In this document: positions 10,447-19,961 of the stretch, one piece after another | Layout: every line of letters starts with the position of its first letter | How positions within the stretch are numbered: the first letter of the stretch is position 1 | NCBI GenBank assembly: GCA_022711395.1 | Contig: JAKLFA010000002.1 | Span: 195,864-259,863 of the forward strand | Length of the DNA: 64,000 bases | Source: Candidatus Omnitrophota bacterium | GTDB lineage: Bacteria > Omnitrophota > Gorgyraeia > Zapsychrales > JANLHA01 | Reading direction: 5' to 3' | Translations under genes and position numbers: made by a program | The notes under the pieces: generated by a model | The model's database searches: none | Told to the model about the DNA's origin: nothing | Seen by the model: the letters and a program-made list of their open reading frames with translations, nothing else

Positions 10447-10830
10447 TCAAAATTTCATGTCCGGAAGAAGCTCGGAAATCTCTTTTCGGAGAAAATCACG
10501 GGTGTCAACATCAGGGTCAATAATAACATTATTCCATACTAAAATATCAAGGTCGATCGTCCGGGGTCCGAATTTCGGGGCGGAACGGTCACGCCTGAGA
10601 TCATCTTCGACCTTCTTAAGCAGTGAACGTAATTTGTTTTGCGAAAGGGATGTTTGGATCAGCCATGCCCCGTTCCAAAATTCCGGCTGATCCTTGATCC
10701 CAATGGGCGTTGTCCTTGAAATTCCGGATTCCGCAAGTAATTGAAACTGGGATACGATCTGAGTTTTGGCCCTGTGGATATTGAGCTCCGGTTCAATATT
10801 GGACCCAAAGCCGATGACAGCTTGATTCAT
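10447..10830 (-). CDS. folK: 2-amino-4-hydroxy-6-hydroxymethyldihydropteridine pyrophosphokinase
   Basis: 127 aa; IGFGSNIEPE N-terminus and GPRTIDLDIL motif typical of HPPK. Confidence 0.85.
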   Translation of the reverse strand: MNQAVIGFGSNIEPELNIHRAKTQIVSQFQLLAESGISRTTPIGIKDQPEFWNGAWLIQTSLSQNKLRSLLKKVEDDLRRDRSAPKFGPRTIDLDILVWNNVIIDPDVDTRDFLRKEISELLPDMKF

Positions 10831-11189
10831 GGCGTTTGGCCCCGGTGTTTACTGAGCTCAATGGAGACTGAATCGGCATAGCGTAAGGCGTTGGATTTGT
10901 CAATACGGACGCTGGCGAATTCGACCTTCGGATCCGCCATGATGAGGTCCAGGACTTCTGATGTCAGTCGTTCTAAAAGATGGAATTGGGAAGAATCCAC
11001 GAAATTCACGATCTCCCGCTTGATCTTTTTATAATCGAACGTGTGGGCCAGGTCATCCGTTTCGATCGCCATGGTCGCGTCAAAATCGATGATGATATTA
11101 AGCACGATATCCTGCTTGATCGTTCGTTCCCAGTCGTTCGCGCCGATGATCGTTCTGAGCTTTAAGTTCGTGATCTGAATCCGTGCCAT
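10827..11189 (-). CDS. folB: dihydroneopterin aldolase
   Basis: 120 aa; IQITNLKLRTIIGANDWERTIKQDIVLNI is the FolB N-terminal pattern; 4-nt overlap with folK. Confidence 0.8.
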   Translation of the reverse strand: MARIQITNLKLRTIIGANDWERTIKQDIVLNIIIDFDATMAIETDDLAHTFDYKKIKREIVNFVDSSQFHLLERLTSEVLDLIMADPKVEFASVRIDKSNALRYADSVSIELSKHRGQTP

Positions 11190-11204
11190 TGCATCAGCTC
11201 CTTT

Positions 11205-11936
11205 TTAAAGTAGATGGGCCCCCCCATCTTCAAAAAGCAGTTGCCCAGTCATATAGTTGTGATCAATGAGCATCTCCACGGCATCACAAATATCTTCAGG
11301 GCTTCCGGATTTTTGAAGTGGAACGGTCCGGGCAGCATTTTTAAGATAATCAGAAATCTTCCCTTCGGGAGCAAGGATCGGCCCCGGGCATACCCCATTG
11401 ACCCTGAAGGCTGGGGCCAGCTCAACGGCAGCCAGACGTGTTAGATCGGCCAATGCTTTTTTAAAGAGCAAATATGGAACATGCGTTACCGCATTTTGAG
11501 AGATCTTGGTGTCTAAGATGTTGATGATCTGTCCTCTTTTTTGCAGGGAGGCGAACTCTTGCATGAGGATATAAGGCGCGCGCAAATGGATGGCGTAACT
11601 CCGGTCAAGTTCGGAAACACGAGCGTCCTTTAAGGGGCCGGGCTTGAAAACAGAGGCGTTATTAATCAGGATATCCAAACGGCTAAATGTTTTTAGGACG
11701 CTTTTGATCAAACTGCAAACGGCAGCGGGGTCTGAGAGGTCGCAGCAGAACAGTTCACAGTGCCCTTGTCTTTGCCGGATCCTTCGCGCGGTCGCGGAGG
11801 CTTCAGCTTTGGAAGAATGATAATGAAGCGCGATCGCATAACCGCGGTTTGCAAGGCGTATGGCAATCGCTTTTCCGATGCGTTTGGCGCCTCCGGTGAT
11901 CAGGGCGACCGGCACTGTTTTTTTTGTCCGGGTCAT
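11205..11936 (-). CDS. short-chain dehydrogenase/reductase, pteridine-reductase-like (FolM/PTR1-like) by context
   Basis: 243 aa; [19 protein letters not shown] and YxxxK (YLLFKKAL) SDR motifs; sits between folE and folB. Confidence 0.6.
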   Translation of the reverse strand: MTRTKKTVPVALITGGAKRIGKAIAIRLANRGYAIALHYHSSKAEASATARRIRQRQGHCELFCCDLSDPAAVCSLIKSVLKTFSRLDILINNASVFKPGPLKDARVSELDRSYAIHLRAPYILMQEFASLQKRGQIINILDTKISQNAVTHVPYLLFKKALADLTRLAAVELAPAFRVNGVCPGPILAPEGKISDYLKNAARTVPLQKSGSPEDICDAVEMLIDHNYMTGQLLFEDGGAHLL

Positions 11937-12475
11937 GATTTGATCAGTGTAAGGAATTCATTGCGTGTTGAGTTATCGTTTCGAAAAGCCCCCAGCATGC
12001 AGGAGGTGATCATTTCAGAGTTCTGTTTTTCAACGCCTCTCATCATCATGCACAGATGCCGGGCCTCAATGACGACACCGACTCCTAACGCGTTGGTGTA
12101 TTTTTGAATGGCTTCAGCGATCTGCTGGGTCAGGTTTTCCTGGATCTGCAAACGGCGTCCGAACACATCCACAATACGGGCGATCTTGGAAAGCCCGAGC
12201 ACCTTACCGTTTGGAAGATAGCCGACATGGCACTTCCCGAAAAACGGCAGCAGGTGATGCTCACATAGCGAGTAAAGTTCAATATCCTTAACGATCACCA
12301 TTTCATCATTAGTGGTCTCGAATATCGCTTGATTGACGATCTTGTCAAGATCTTCATGATAGCCTTTTGTCAGGTATGAAAAAGCCTTGGCGGCTCGTCT
12401 TGGGGTGTCGATGAGGCCTTCACGGTCCGGGTTTTCACCGATATGGTGCAAGATGTGCTTGTAGAATTCTTCCAT
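11933..12475 (-). CDS. folE: GTP cyclohydrolase I
   Basis: 180 aa; [19 protein letters not shown] active-site Cys/His block. Confidence 0.9.
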   Translation of the reverse strand: MEEFYKHILHHIGENPDREGLIDTPRRAAKAFSYLTKGYHEDLDKIVNQAIFETTNDEMVIVKDIELYSLCEHHLLPFFGKCHVGYLPNGKVLGLSKIARIVDVFGRRLQIQENLTQQIAEAIQKYTNALGVGVVIEARHLCMMMRGVEKQNSEMITSCMLGAFRNDNSTRNEFLTLIKS

Positions 12476-12639
12476 GGGGCTGACTTCCTTTCGATTAATG
12501 CCTGCATCTTACCACAGGCGGCTGGTTATTGCAACGCGCCTAAATTTCCTAAAGGTCTTGCGAAAATCATCCTCTCAGGTAGAATGTCACTAGGTTGGGC
12601 CGACTCAATATTCAGTGAATAATTCAAAGTGAGGAATTC

Positions 12640-13446
12640 ATGAACCCATGGGTTGATTATCATATGCATACTCCCCTTTGCGGCCACGCATCGGGAGAAC
12701 CGCGGGAATACGCGCAACGGGCCCTGGATGTAGGCATCCGGGAGATCGGATTCTCGGATCACGCCCCTTTTGTGCGGGGACTTCTGCCCGGGATCACGAT
12801 GAGCGATGGCGAACTTCCACGATATCACGATATGGTGCGGACGGTGCAGAAAGAATTTAATGACCGTCTCACGATCAAGTTCGGGATCGAGGCGGATTAT
12901 ATTCCGGGGTATGAGGAAAAAACCCGCAAGCTCTTGGAGCGTTACCCTTTTGATTATGTTTATGGGTCCGTCCATTTTATTGATGGCTGGGGATTCGACA
13001 ATCCCGATGAACGTCGGGCCTGGTCCCAGGTTGATGTGGATGAAGTCTATCGCGCCTATTACCGGCTTTTAAGAGCTTCGGCTGAAACGGAATTGTTTGA
13101 CATTATCGCGCATGTGGACCTGGTCAAAAAGTTTGGCTACCGCCCCAGTGCTGACCTGACGGCCGACCTTAAAGAGACAGCGCGTGTGTTTAAAGCGCAC
13201 GGCCTTGCGATCGAGATCAATACCGCCGGCCTGCGCAAAGAGGTCAAGGAAATCTACCCGTCGTTGGATATTTTGAAAGCCTATGTTTCTGAAGGCGTGC
13301 CGGTGACCTTCGGTTCGGATGCGCATCTTCCTTCCGATGTCGGGGCTGATTTTGACAAAGCCCGCGATCTTGCCCTTGCCGCAGGATGTAAGGAATACGT
13401 CCTCTTTAAAGACAGAATGATTGAAAAGACAGTCTCTCTTCTTTAA
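12640..13446 (+). CDS. histidinol-phosphatase family PHP-domain protein (HisK/HisJ-type)
   Basis: 268 aa; DYHMHTPLCGHASG and GFSDH metal-binding motifs of PHP histidinol phosphatases. Confidence 0.75.
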   Translation: MNPWVDYHMHTPLCGHASGEPREYAQRALDVGIREIGFSDHAPFVRGLLPGITMSDGELPRYHDMVRTVQKEFNDRLTIKFGIEADYIPGYEEKTRKLLERYPFDYVYGSVHFIDGWGFDNPDERRAWSQVDVDEVYRAYYRLLRASAETELFDIIAHVDLVKKFGYRPSADLTADLKETARVFKAHGLAIEINTAGLRKEVKEIYPSLDILKAYVSEGVPVTFGSDAHLPSDVGADFDKARDLALAAGCKEYVLFKDRMIEKTVSLL

Positions 13447-13465
13447 GCCATGATCAAAGGAGGAT

Positions 13466-13939
13466 ATGATGGGTTTGATCCAAACGAATCAACCGGCGCC
13501 GGATTTTTCTCTTCAGGCGAGCACTGGCCAAGATGTTTCTCTCGCTGATTTTCGTGGTAAAAACATTGTCCTGTATTTTTATCCCAAGGATGATACCCCT
13601 GGCTGCACGATAGAGGCCTGCGGTTTTCGGGACGGATTTCAGAAGATCGAATCGACCGGAACATTGATCCTGGGTGTGTCTCCGGATGATGAGGCCAGTC
13701 ATAAAAAGTTCATTCAAAAATATAATCTCCCCTTCCTTCTTTTGAGCGATCCAGAAAGCAAAGTCTGCGAGCGTTATGGCGTTTGGGTGGAAAAGACCAT
13801 GTATGGTCGAAAATACATGGGCGTGGCGCGCACGACCTTTATTATTGATAGAAATGGAACGATCGTCCGGATCTTCGAAAAGGTCAAGCCTGAAGAACAC
13901 GCCGATGAGGTCGCAGCTTTTCTTAAAACGCTTTCCTGA
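13466..13939 (+). CDS. bcp: thiol peroxidase Bcp / peroxiredoxin Q
   Basis: 157 aa; FYPKDDTPGCT peroxidatic Cys motif. Confidence 0.85.
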   Translation: MMGLIQTNQPAPDFSLQASTGQDVSLADFRGKNIVLYFYPKDDTPGCTIEACGFRDGFQKIESTGTLILGVSPDDEASHKKFIQKYNLPFLLLSDPESKVCERYGVWVEKTMYGRKYMGVARTTFIIDRNGTIVRIFEKVKPEEHADEVAAFLKTLS

Positions 13940-15590
13940 TTTTTTGGCAGGCGTTTGCGGCAAGAGCCAAAGACATGGCCAGAAGAAAAATGGATGATCC
14001 CGCCAAAAGCCAGTTGGCGTTTTTGATATTTTCGATGAGAAGTTCGATCAACGCCCAGCCCGAGATCACCATCATGAACACGAACGGAATAAATGTTACC
14101 CAGAAGTTTTTTCGTTTATGGATCAGGATCACGGTTATCCCCAGAAGCGTCAGGGCTGCCAAAAGTTGATTGGATGCGCCGAAGACCGGCCAGATCCTTC
14201 CTGCGTCACCGGAAACGGTCAGATATCCAGCCAGGCTTAAAACGAGCACTGTTGCAAGATAACGGTTGCTTAAGACTTTTTGAAGAACATTCTTTTGTTT
14301 ATTTGAGCCGATCCTTGGGATCGCCAGTTCCTGAACTGTAAAGCGCGTCAAGCGCGTTGCGGTGTCGAGTGTTGTCAACAAGAATGCCGAAATCGTCAAT
14401 GAAATAAAAGTTTGCCCGCTTGTGATGGGCAGCCCGAGATGGACGCTAAGCGAGGCGATCCCTTTTGAGAACGCGCTCACGGGCCCCTCTGCTGAAAGCG
14501 TTTGGAGAAACTCACCTCTGTTCAAAATGGCCACGGAAATCAGCGCGATGATGGCGAGGATCCCTTCAAGCAGCATGGCGCCGTATCCGATCGGCAAGGC
14601 ATGGCTTTCGCGGTTGAGCTGTTTGGCAGTGGTCCCTGATGAAACCAGAGCATGAAAACCCGAACACGCCCCGCAGGCGATCGTCACGTAAAGGATCGGA
14701 AACAGAGACCAGTTCGTTAGTCCTTTGGTGGGCTCTGCCACAACGAATCCGGAGAAGGCCGGAAGTTGAATGGCGGGCGCCGTGACAAAGATGCTGGCTG
14801 CCGCCAAAATCAGCATCGCATACAACAAAAATGAGTTGAGGTAGTCGCGTGGTTGAAGCAGGATCCAGACCGGGGCAACGGACGCGATAAAAATGTAGAT
14901 GAATAGAAAACCGATCCATAAAAGGCGGCTTCCTTCCGCGGAAATTCCCAGAAGCGCAACCCAATCCAACGGCAGCGCGATTCCCGCATAGATGGCGGCG
15001 AACATCAGTGGCACGAAGATCGCTGAACGCACTTCAAGGCTTAGGATCTTTTGTCGCTCCATGAGGCCGAACACGAGCGCCAATGCCATAAACATCACCG
15101 AAGCTGACGCGACCGCCGGGTTTGTGATAAATGTTTGGGCGATCAGAAGCGCGAAGATCGCTATGACCAGGATCAGAGCGGCTGTGCTGAACAATAAGAA
15201 CATTTGGCGTCCGGAATAGGATAAATATCCTTCCAGGATGTGGCCGATCGAACGTCCCTCATGCCGAATCGAGATGATAAGTGAAGAGAAATCATGGACG
15301 GCCCCGATCAACGCACACCCCAGGATGATCCAAATTGCCACCGGGACCCATCCAAAAACAGCTCCCAGCACAGGTCCTACGATCGGCCCTGCGCCGGCGA
15401 TCGATGCAAAATGGTGCCCGAACAAGACCGGTGATGCGGTCGGGACATAATCAATACCATCTGTCTGAGTATGTGCAGGAGTTGGGGCGCTATCATTGAC
15501 CTCAAAAACCTTGGCAAGATAGCGCCCGTATATAGCGTAGCTTAAAAGAAGAAAAAGTCCGGAAGTAATTAAAAGCAGACTGCCGTTCAT
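13923..15590 (-). CDS. cstA: carbon starvation protein A family transporter
   Basis: 555 aa polytopic membrane protein; N-terminal LLSYAIYGRYLAKVF ... HHFASIAGAGPIVGPVLGA is the CstA signature. Confidence 0.85.
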   Translation of the reverse strand: MNGSLLLITSGLFLLLSYAIYGRYLAKVFEVNDSAPTPAHTQTDGIDYVPTASPVLFGHHFASIAGAGPIVGPVLGAVFGWVPVAIWIILGCALIGAVHDFSSLIISIRHEGRSIGHILEGYLSYSGRQMFLLFSTAALILVIAIFALLIAQTFITNPAVASASVMFMALALVFGLMERQKILSLEVRSAIFVPLMFAAIYAGIALPLDWVALLGISAEGSRLLWIGFLFIYIFIASVAPVWILLQPRDYLNSFLLYAMLILAAASIFVTAPAIQLPAFSGFVVAEPTKGLTNWSLFPILYVTIACGACSGFHALVSSGTTAKQLNRESHALPIGYGAMLLEGILAIIALISVAILNRGEFLQTLSAEGPVSAFSKGIASLSVHLGLPITSGQTFISLTISAFLLTTLDTATRLTRFTVQELAIPRIGSNKQKNVLQKVLSNRYLATVLVLSLAGYLTVSGDAGRIWPVFGASNQLLAALTLLGITVILIHKRKNFWVTFIPFVFMMVISGWALIELLIENIKNANWLLAGSSIFLLAMSLALAANACQKIRKAF

Positions 15591-15614
15591 GATTGAGGAA
15601 GACCACAGCCAGTG

Positions 15615-15905
15615 TTATTTTTTCGTGTTCTTGGCGATTTCAACCTGGCAAAGGGCCTGTTGAGCCGCAAGCTTCATTTCGAACGCGCGGCTTTTACCTG
15701 TCCCGTATCCGATCACGCCGCCGATGAGGACCCCGATCGAAATGATCAAGAAATCAAAATCAGTGACCAGGATCTCAGAGACCTTCCAAAAAACGAGCAT
15801 GCCGAGGAATACACCAATAAAAAAATAGCAAGTCACCACAGATTTGGATTGCTCATATAACCCTTTGGCGTATTCTTCGATGACGTTTGGATCATACCCT
15901 ATCAT
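15615..15905 (-). CDS. small hypothetical membrane protein (2 TM) downstream partner of cstA
   Basis: 96 aa with two hydrophobic helices; no family recognised. Confidence 0.4.
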   Translation of the reverse strand: MIGYDPNVIEEYAKGLYEQSKSVVTCYFFIGVFLGMLVFWKVSEILVTDFDFLIISIGVLIGGVIGYGTGKSRAFEMKLAAQQALCQVEIAKNTKK

Positions 15906-15920
15906 GCGTGTCTCCTTTGT

Positions 15921-17132
15921 TTAAGTTTGAAATCGTTTGGAAATATAATCATCCAGGAGCCTTAAAAAATCATTTTTTATGGCGGGCCCTTTCAGAACGC
16001 AAATCTGTTTTCCATCCATAAAAACCGGAGCTTGCGGCTCTTCACTTTTCCCGGGCAGTGAAATTCCGATATCGGCATCTCGGCTTTCACCAGGCCCGTT
16101 GACCACACAGCCCATGACAGCGATCTTTAAAGACTCCACTCCAGGATACTTTTTTTTCCACTCTTCAAGATTTTGTAAGATATAGTGATTAATGTCAAGC
16201 GCTAATTGCTGATAAAGAGTGTTATCTGTGCGCCCGCATCCGGGGCAGCTGGTAATCGTCGGGGAAAAATAACGTAACCCTAACGATTGCAGGATATTTT
16301 TGCAGATCTCGATCTCCCGGGTCCTTGGAGTTTCGGGGTCTGGTGTCAAAGAGACCCGGATCGTGTCCCCGATCCCTTGATTTAAAAGGATGCCCAGAGC
16401 GACGGAGCTTTTGACGGTCCCTTCTGTTCGTAGACCCGCCTCGGTGAGGCCCAAATGGATCGTCAGGCCTGAACGGCGGGCCAGTTCCTGATTGACATAG
16501 AGCAATTGCTGAAGATCGGAAAGCTTGGCGCTTAGGATGATGCGGTCCTCCGGCATGCCAAGATTTTGAGCGTGTTCAGCGCTTCGCAGGGCGCTTTCGA
16601 TCACAGCTTCGCAGAAGACCTTTTCGGGTGTGTTGGGGCGCGGATTTCTGGCATTGCGGTCCATCATGTCCTTCAAAAGGTCCTGGTCCAGGGAGCCTCC
16701 ATTCACTCCTATCCGAACAGGCTTTTCGTGTTCCAGCGCGACTTTGAGGAACATTTCAAAATGCTCATCGTGTTTCTGCCCATGTCCGATATTGCCGGGA
16801 TTGATCCGGTATTTCGCGAGGGATTTTGCCAATTCCCGGTAGCGGTTTAAAAGAATGTGGCCGTTAAAATGAAAATCACCGATGATCGGATTCGAACAGC
16901 CCCGGTCTTTTAGTTCTTTGCAAATTTCAATCGCCGCTTGGGCGGCTGCGTCATCATTGATCGTAATACGGACAAGTTCACTTCCTGCGTTCGCAAGTTC
17001 CAGCACCTGCTCAACAGTGGCTTTCACATCAGCAGTTGGGGTGTTTGTCATGCTTTGAATAACGATCGGATGGCCATACCCGATCTTGATATGTCCAATG
17101 GAAACCGTGGGAGTTGTTCGGCGTTTTATCAT
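15921..17132 (-). CDS. ispG: 4-hydroxy-3-methylbut-2-en-1-yl diphosphate synthase
   Basis: GcpE motifs VSIGHIKIGYGHPIVIQSMTNT and C-terminal CPGCGRT / GCVVNGPGE Fe-S Cys. The start is taken at MIKRRTT (17132); the track's 17225 start adds 31 non-conserved residues. Confidence 0.85.
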   Translation of the reverse strand: MIKRRTTPTVSIGHIKIGYGHPIVIQSMTNTPTADVKATVEQVLELANAGSELVRITINDDAAAQAAIEICKELKDRGCSNPIIGDFHFNGHILLNRYRELAKSLAKYRINPGNIGHGQKHDEHFEMFLKVALEHEKPVRIGVNGGSLDQDLLKDMMDRNARNPRPNTPEKVFCEAVIESALRSAEHAQNLGMPEDRIILSAKLSDLQQLLYVNQELARRSGLTIHLGLTEAGLRTEGTVKSSVALGILLNQGIGDTIRVSLTPDPETPRTREIEICKNILQSLGLRYFSPTITSCPGCGRTDNTLYQQLALDINHYILQNLEEWKKKYPGVESLKIAVMGCVVNGPGESRDADIGISLPGKSEEPQAPVFMDGKQICVLKGPAIKNDFLRLLDDYISKRFQT

Positions 17133-17246
17133 ATTTTGACGAGATTTTTTTAAAGAAGCTAGGATTTTCCTGTTGATAGTGCTATAACGTTTACATATAA
17201 TAATACGCCCACAACGCTCACGCAAGGGTTAACAGCGAATTTCATC

Positions 17247-18164
17247 ATGGAAATTTATCTCGCAAGAAAACAAGGCTTTTGTTCCGGAGTCGCATCCGCG
17301 ATCGAGATCGTTGAGCAGGCACTGGCCAAGTATGGACCCCCTCTTTATGTGTATCATGAGATCGTTCACAATACCTTCGTGGTGGAGTATTTCCGCAAGA
17401 ACGGTGTTTTGTTCGTGGAGAACCTGCGTGATATTCCGGAAGGCGGGCGGCTTGTTCTGAGCGCCCATGGGGTCGCTCCCTCGATCATGGAACAGGCCAG
17501 GAACCATGGGTTTACGGTGATCGATGCAAGTTGCCCACTGGTGAAAAAAGTCCATCGAGAGGCAATGGAATTCGTCCGGGAAGGCCGTCATGTGATTTTG
17601 ATCGGCCACAAGGGGCATCAGGAGATCATTGGAACGTCGGGTTATGTTCCGAAAGAAAAGTTGTCGATCGTTCAGACGGTCGATGATGTTAAAGCCCTTC
17701 AACTGTCTTCTGAGACGCCGGTCGCGTATCTGACCCAGACCACGCTTTCGATCGATGAGACCAGGGAGATCATCGCCAGCCTGCAGAAAAAGTTCGTCAA
17801 CCTTACAGGCCCCGCCCAGAAAGATATTTGTTATGCGACCCAAAGCCGTCAGGATGCGGTCAAGGAGTTGGCCAAGGTGTGCGATGTGATCCTGATTTGC
17901 GGTTCGCCAAACAGTTCGAATTCCAACCGGTTGCGTGAAACCGGAGATCGGGCCGGAGTGCCTTCTTATATCATCGATTCAGCGGATGAACTTAATATTG
18001 AATGGATCAGGGGGAAAGAACGCGTGGGGATCTCTTCCGGGGCTTCGGTCCCTCATTGCGTTGTCCGGGATGTGATCGAAAGGATTCGATTGATGTTTCC
18101 GGACAGCGAGGTCAAATATTTCAAGAATTTTGAAGTGCCGGACCAGTTCCCCAATAATCCTTAA
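17247..18164 (+). CDS. ispH: 4-hydroxy-3-methylbut-2-enyl diphosphate reductase
   Basis: 305 aa; MEIYLARKQGFCSGV, VYHEIVHN and SAHGV motifs of IspH/LytB. Confidence 0.9.
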   Translation: MEIYLARKQGFCSGVASAIEIVEQALAKYGPPLYVYHEIVHNTFVVEYFRKNGVLFVENLRDIPEGGRLVLSAHGVAPSIMEQARNHGFTVIDASCPLVKKVHREAMEFVREGRHVILIGHKGHQEIIGTSGYVPKEKLSIVQTVDDVKALQLSSETPVAYLTQTTLSIDETREIIASLQKKFVNLTGPAQKDICYATQSRQDAVKELAKVCDVILICGSPNSSNSNRLRETGDRAGVPSYIIDSADELNIEWIRGKERVGISSGASVPHCVVRDVIERIRLMFPDSEVKYFKNFEVPDQFPNNP

Positions 18165-18174
18165 AGGAGAATGA

Positions 18175-19101
18175 ATGGAAGCGTTGCGACAGCTGTGCTG
18201 CGAGCAGCACGCGCATTTTGAACACGACGTGAAACTTTCGGATTACACAACGTTCCGTATCGGTGGAAAGGCCCCTGCGCTCATTACCTGCCCCACGCCC
18301 CAGTCGTTGGAGGGCGTCTTGAGGGCGGTTTTAAGAGAGAAATCCGATTTTATTGTCTTGGGCGAAGGGTCCAACGTTCTGGTATCGGATCAAGGCCTTG
18401 ATACGCTCGTGGTCCGTGCGTTTGGAGAGCGCCCGGTCATCGAGCGTTCCAAAAATGTCCTTACAGCCTATGCGGGAACGCGCATGGACGATGTCGTTAA
18501 GTTCGCCATGGGATCGTCCTTAGAAGGGCTTGGTTTCGCAAGCGGCATCCCGGGCACGTTCGGTGGCGCGATCGTCGGTAACGCCGGCGCGTTTGGAAAA
18601 CAGATCTCAGACTGCCTTCTTGAGGTTGAGGTCATGGACCGGCAGGGGTGTAAAAAGCGGATACCTGGCCATGACTTGAATTTTTCTTACCGGGAGTCCG
18701 CGTTGAAACATTCGCAGGATATTGTGATCTCGGCGGCTGTTCAATTGAAGGATGGCGACTTATCCAAGCTGCGCTCCGAGCGTGAGGAGATCCTTGCCCT
18801 GCGCCATTCGAAGCATCCGGATTACCGCAAGCTTCCCTGCGCCGGAAGTTTTTTTAAGAATATTGTGTATCCGGATGGGACGCGCAAGGCTTCGGGGTGG
18901 TTCCTTGATCAGGTTGGATGCAAGGAGATCAGTGTTGGGGGTGCGGCGGTCTTTGAGGGCCATGCCAATATCATCATCAACCGCGGGCAGGCAACAGCGC
19001 GGGATGTCTATGAATTATCCCAGGTCATGAAACAGAAAGTTTTTGAGAAATTCCAGATCCGGCTGGAGCCGGAAGTGCGGATGCTGGGGGTTTTTAATTG
19101 A
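18175..19101 (+). CDS. murB: UDP-N-acetylenolpyruvoylglucosamine reductase
   Basis: 308 aa; FAD-binding FRIGGKA and LGEGSNVLV motifs; C-terminal MurB domain. Confidence 0.85.
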   Translation: MEALRQLCCEQHAHFEHDVKLSDYTTFRIGGKAPALITCPTPQSLEGVLRAVLREKSDFIVLGEGSNVLVSDQGLDTLVVRAFGERPVIERSKNVLTAYAGTRMDDVVKFAMGSSLEGLGFASGIPGTFGGAIVGNAGAFGKQISDCLLEVEVMDRQGCKKRIPGHDLNFSYRESALKHSQDIVISAAVQLKDGDLSKLRSEREEILALRHSKHPDYRKLPCAGSFFKNIVYPDGTRKASGWFLDQVGCKEISVGGAAVFEGHANIIINRGQATARDVYELSQVMKQKVFEKFQIRLEPEVRMLGVFN

Positions 19102-19413
19102 TCATTCGTTAAGATCGATCTCGATTCCCGCCTCCCCTTTGGCCTGCGCGACACCGTCACTTTCCCACTCTTCGAACATAACGGCGTTTTCAAGGAGAAA
19201 TGAGATCTCTCGGCGAGTATCGCCGTGTTTTGGGTGCTTAACGAGCATGTCGATGAGCTTCTCTCGGATCTCAGAGTGGAAATTGCCTTCCAGATAGATC
19301 CGGTAGTCACCGTATTCTTCTCGAAACACGACCCCTTCGACCGGGCGTTTGAGTTTGGTTTCCTTCGCGAATTTCAACAAATGATCAAGGACTTCTTCGG
19401 GATGATAAAGCAA
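19102..19413 (-). CDS. hypothetical protein
   Basis: 103-aa ORF convergent with murB; no recognisable motif. Confidence 0.35.
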   Translation of the reverse strand: MLYHPEEVLDHLLKFAKETKLKRPVEGVVFREEYGDYRIYLEGNFHSEIREKLIDMLVKHPKHGDTRREISFLLENAVMFEEWESDGVAQAKGEAGIEIDLNE

Positions 19414-19490
19414 CGGTAACTCTCTTTTTAAATTTAGTTTTTTGTATTATAAGCATAACCGATATGTGCTTCAAGGCAAAAGAGCGTTTA

Positions 19491-19961
19491 TTATTCCGTT
19501 GAAACGGATTCTTTTTGTTCCAGTGCGCCGGTCATCGTATGCCAGGATAGTGAAGCGCATTTGACCCGCGAAGGGTATTGCCAGATCCCAGCAAAGATCG
19601 AAAGCTTACCCAAATGATGGGGATCTTTTGCCGGATCAAGCTTCTTTAAAAGCATATCATGGAATTCATTGAAAAGTTCTTTTGCGGTGTTCAAAGGCTT
19701 TCCTTTGAGAGATTCTGTCATCAAAGAGGCGGAAGACCGGGAGATCGCGCAGCCATCGCCTTCAAAGCTCACATCCTGAATGATCTGATCGGCCCCAACC
19801 CGCAAATAGACGTGCAGGTGGTCGCCGCAAAGCGGGTTGTATCCTTCCGCGTGATGAGTGTAGTGCTCAAGTTTGCCGAAATTGCGTGGCTTTTTATGGT
19901 GCTCAATGATCGTTTGCTGGTAAAGTTCGTTAATGTCCGGCATGGAAAACCTTTCAGGCAA
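19491..19961 (-). CDS. sufU: SUF system Fe-S scaffold, NifU-N-like (SufU/IscU family)
   Basis: 156 aa; NPLCGDHLHVYL, GDGCAISRSSASLMTE and KCASLSW cysteine ligand blocks. Confidence 0.8.
   Translation of the reverse strand: MPERFSMPDINELYQQTIIEHHKKPRNFGKLEHYTHHAEGYNPLCGDHLHVYLRVGADQIIQDVSFEGDGCAISRSSASLMTESLKGKPLNTAKELFNEFHDMLLKKLDPAKDPHHLGKLSIFAGIWQYPSRVKCASLSWHTMTGALEQKESVSTE

Noticed and set aside
12526-12975. 149-aa minus-strand ORF
   Set aside because: Overlaps the start of the well-supported plus-strand PHP histidinol-phosphatase gene and the folE/PHP divergent promoter; no family signal.
17229-17843. 204-aa minus-strand ORF
   Set aside because: Antisense to ispH, which has unambiguous motifs; shadow ORF.
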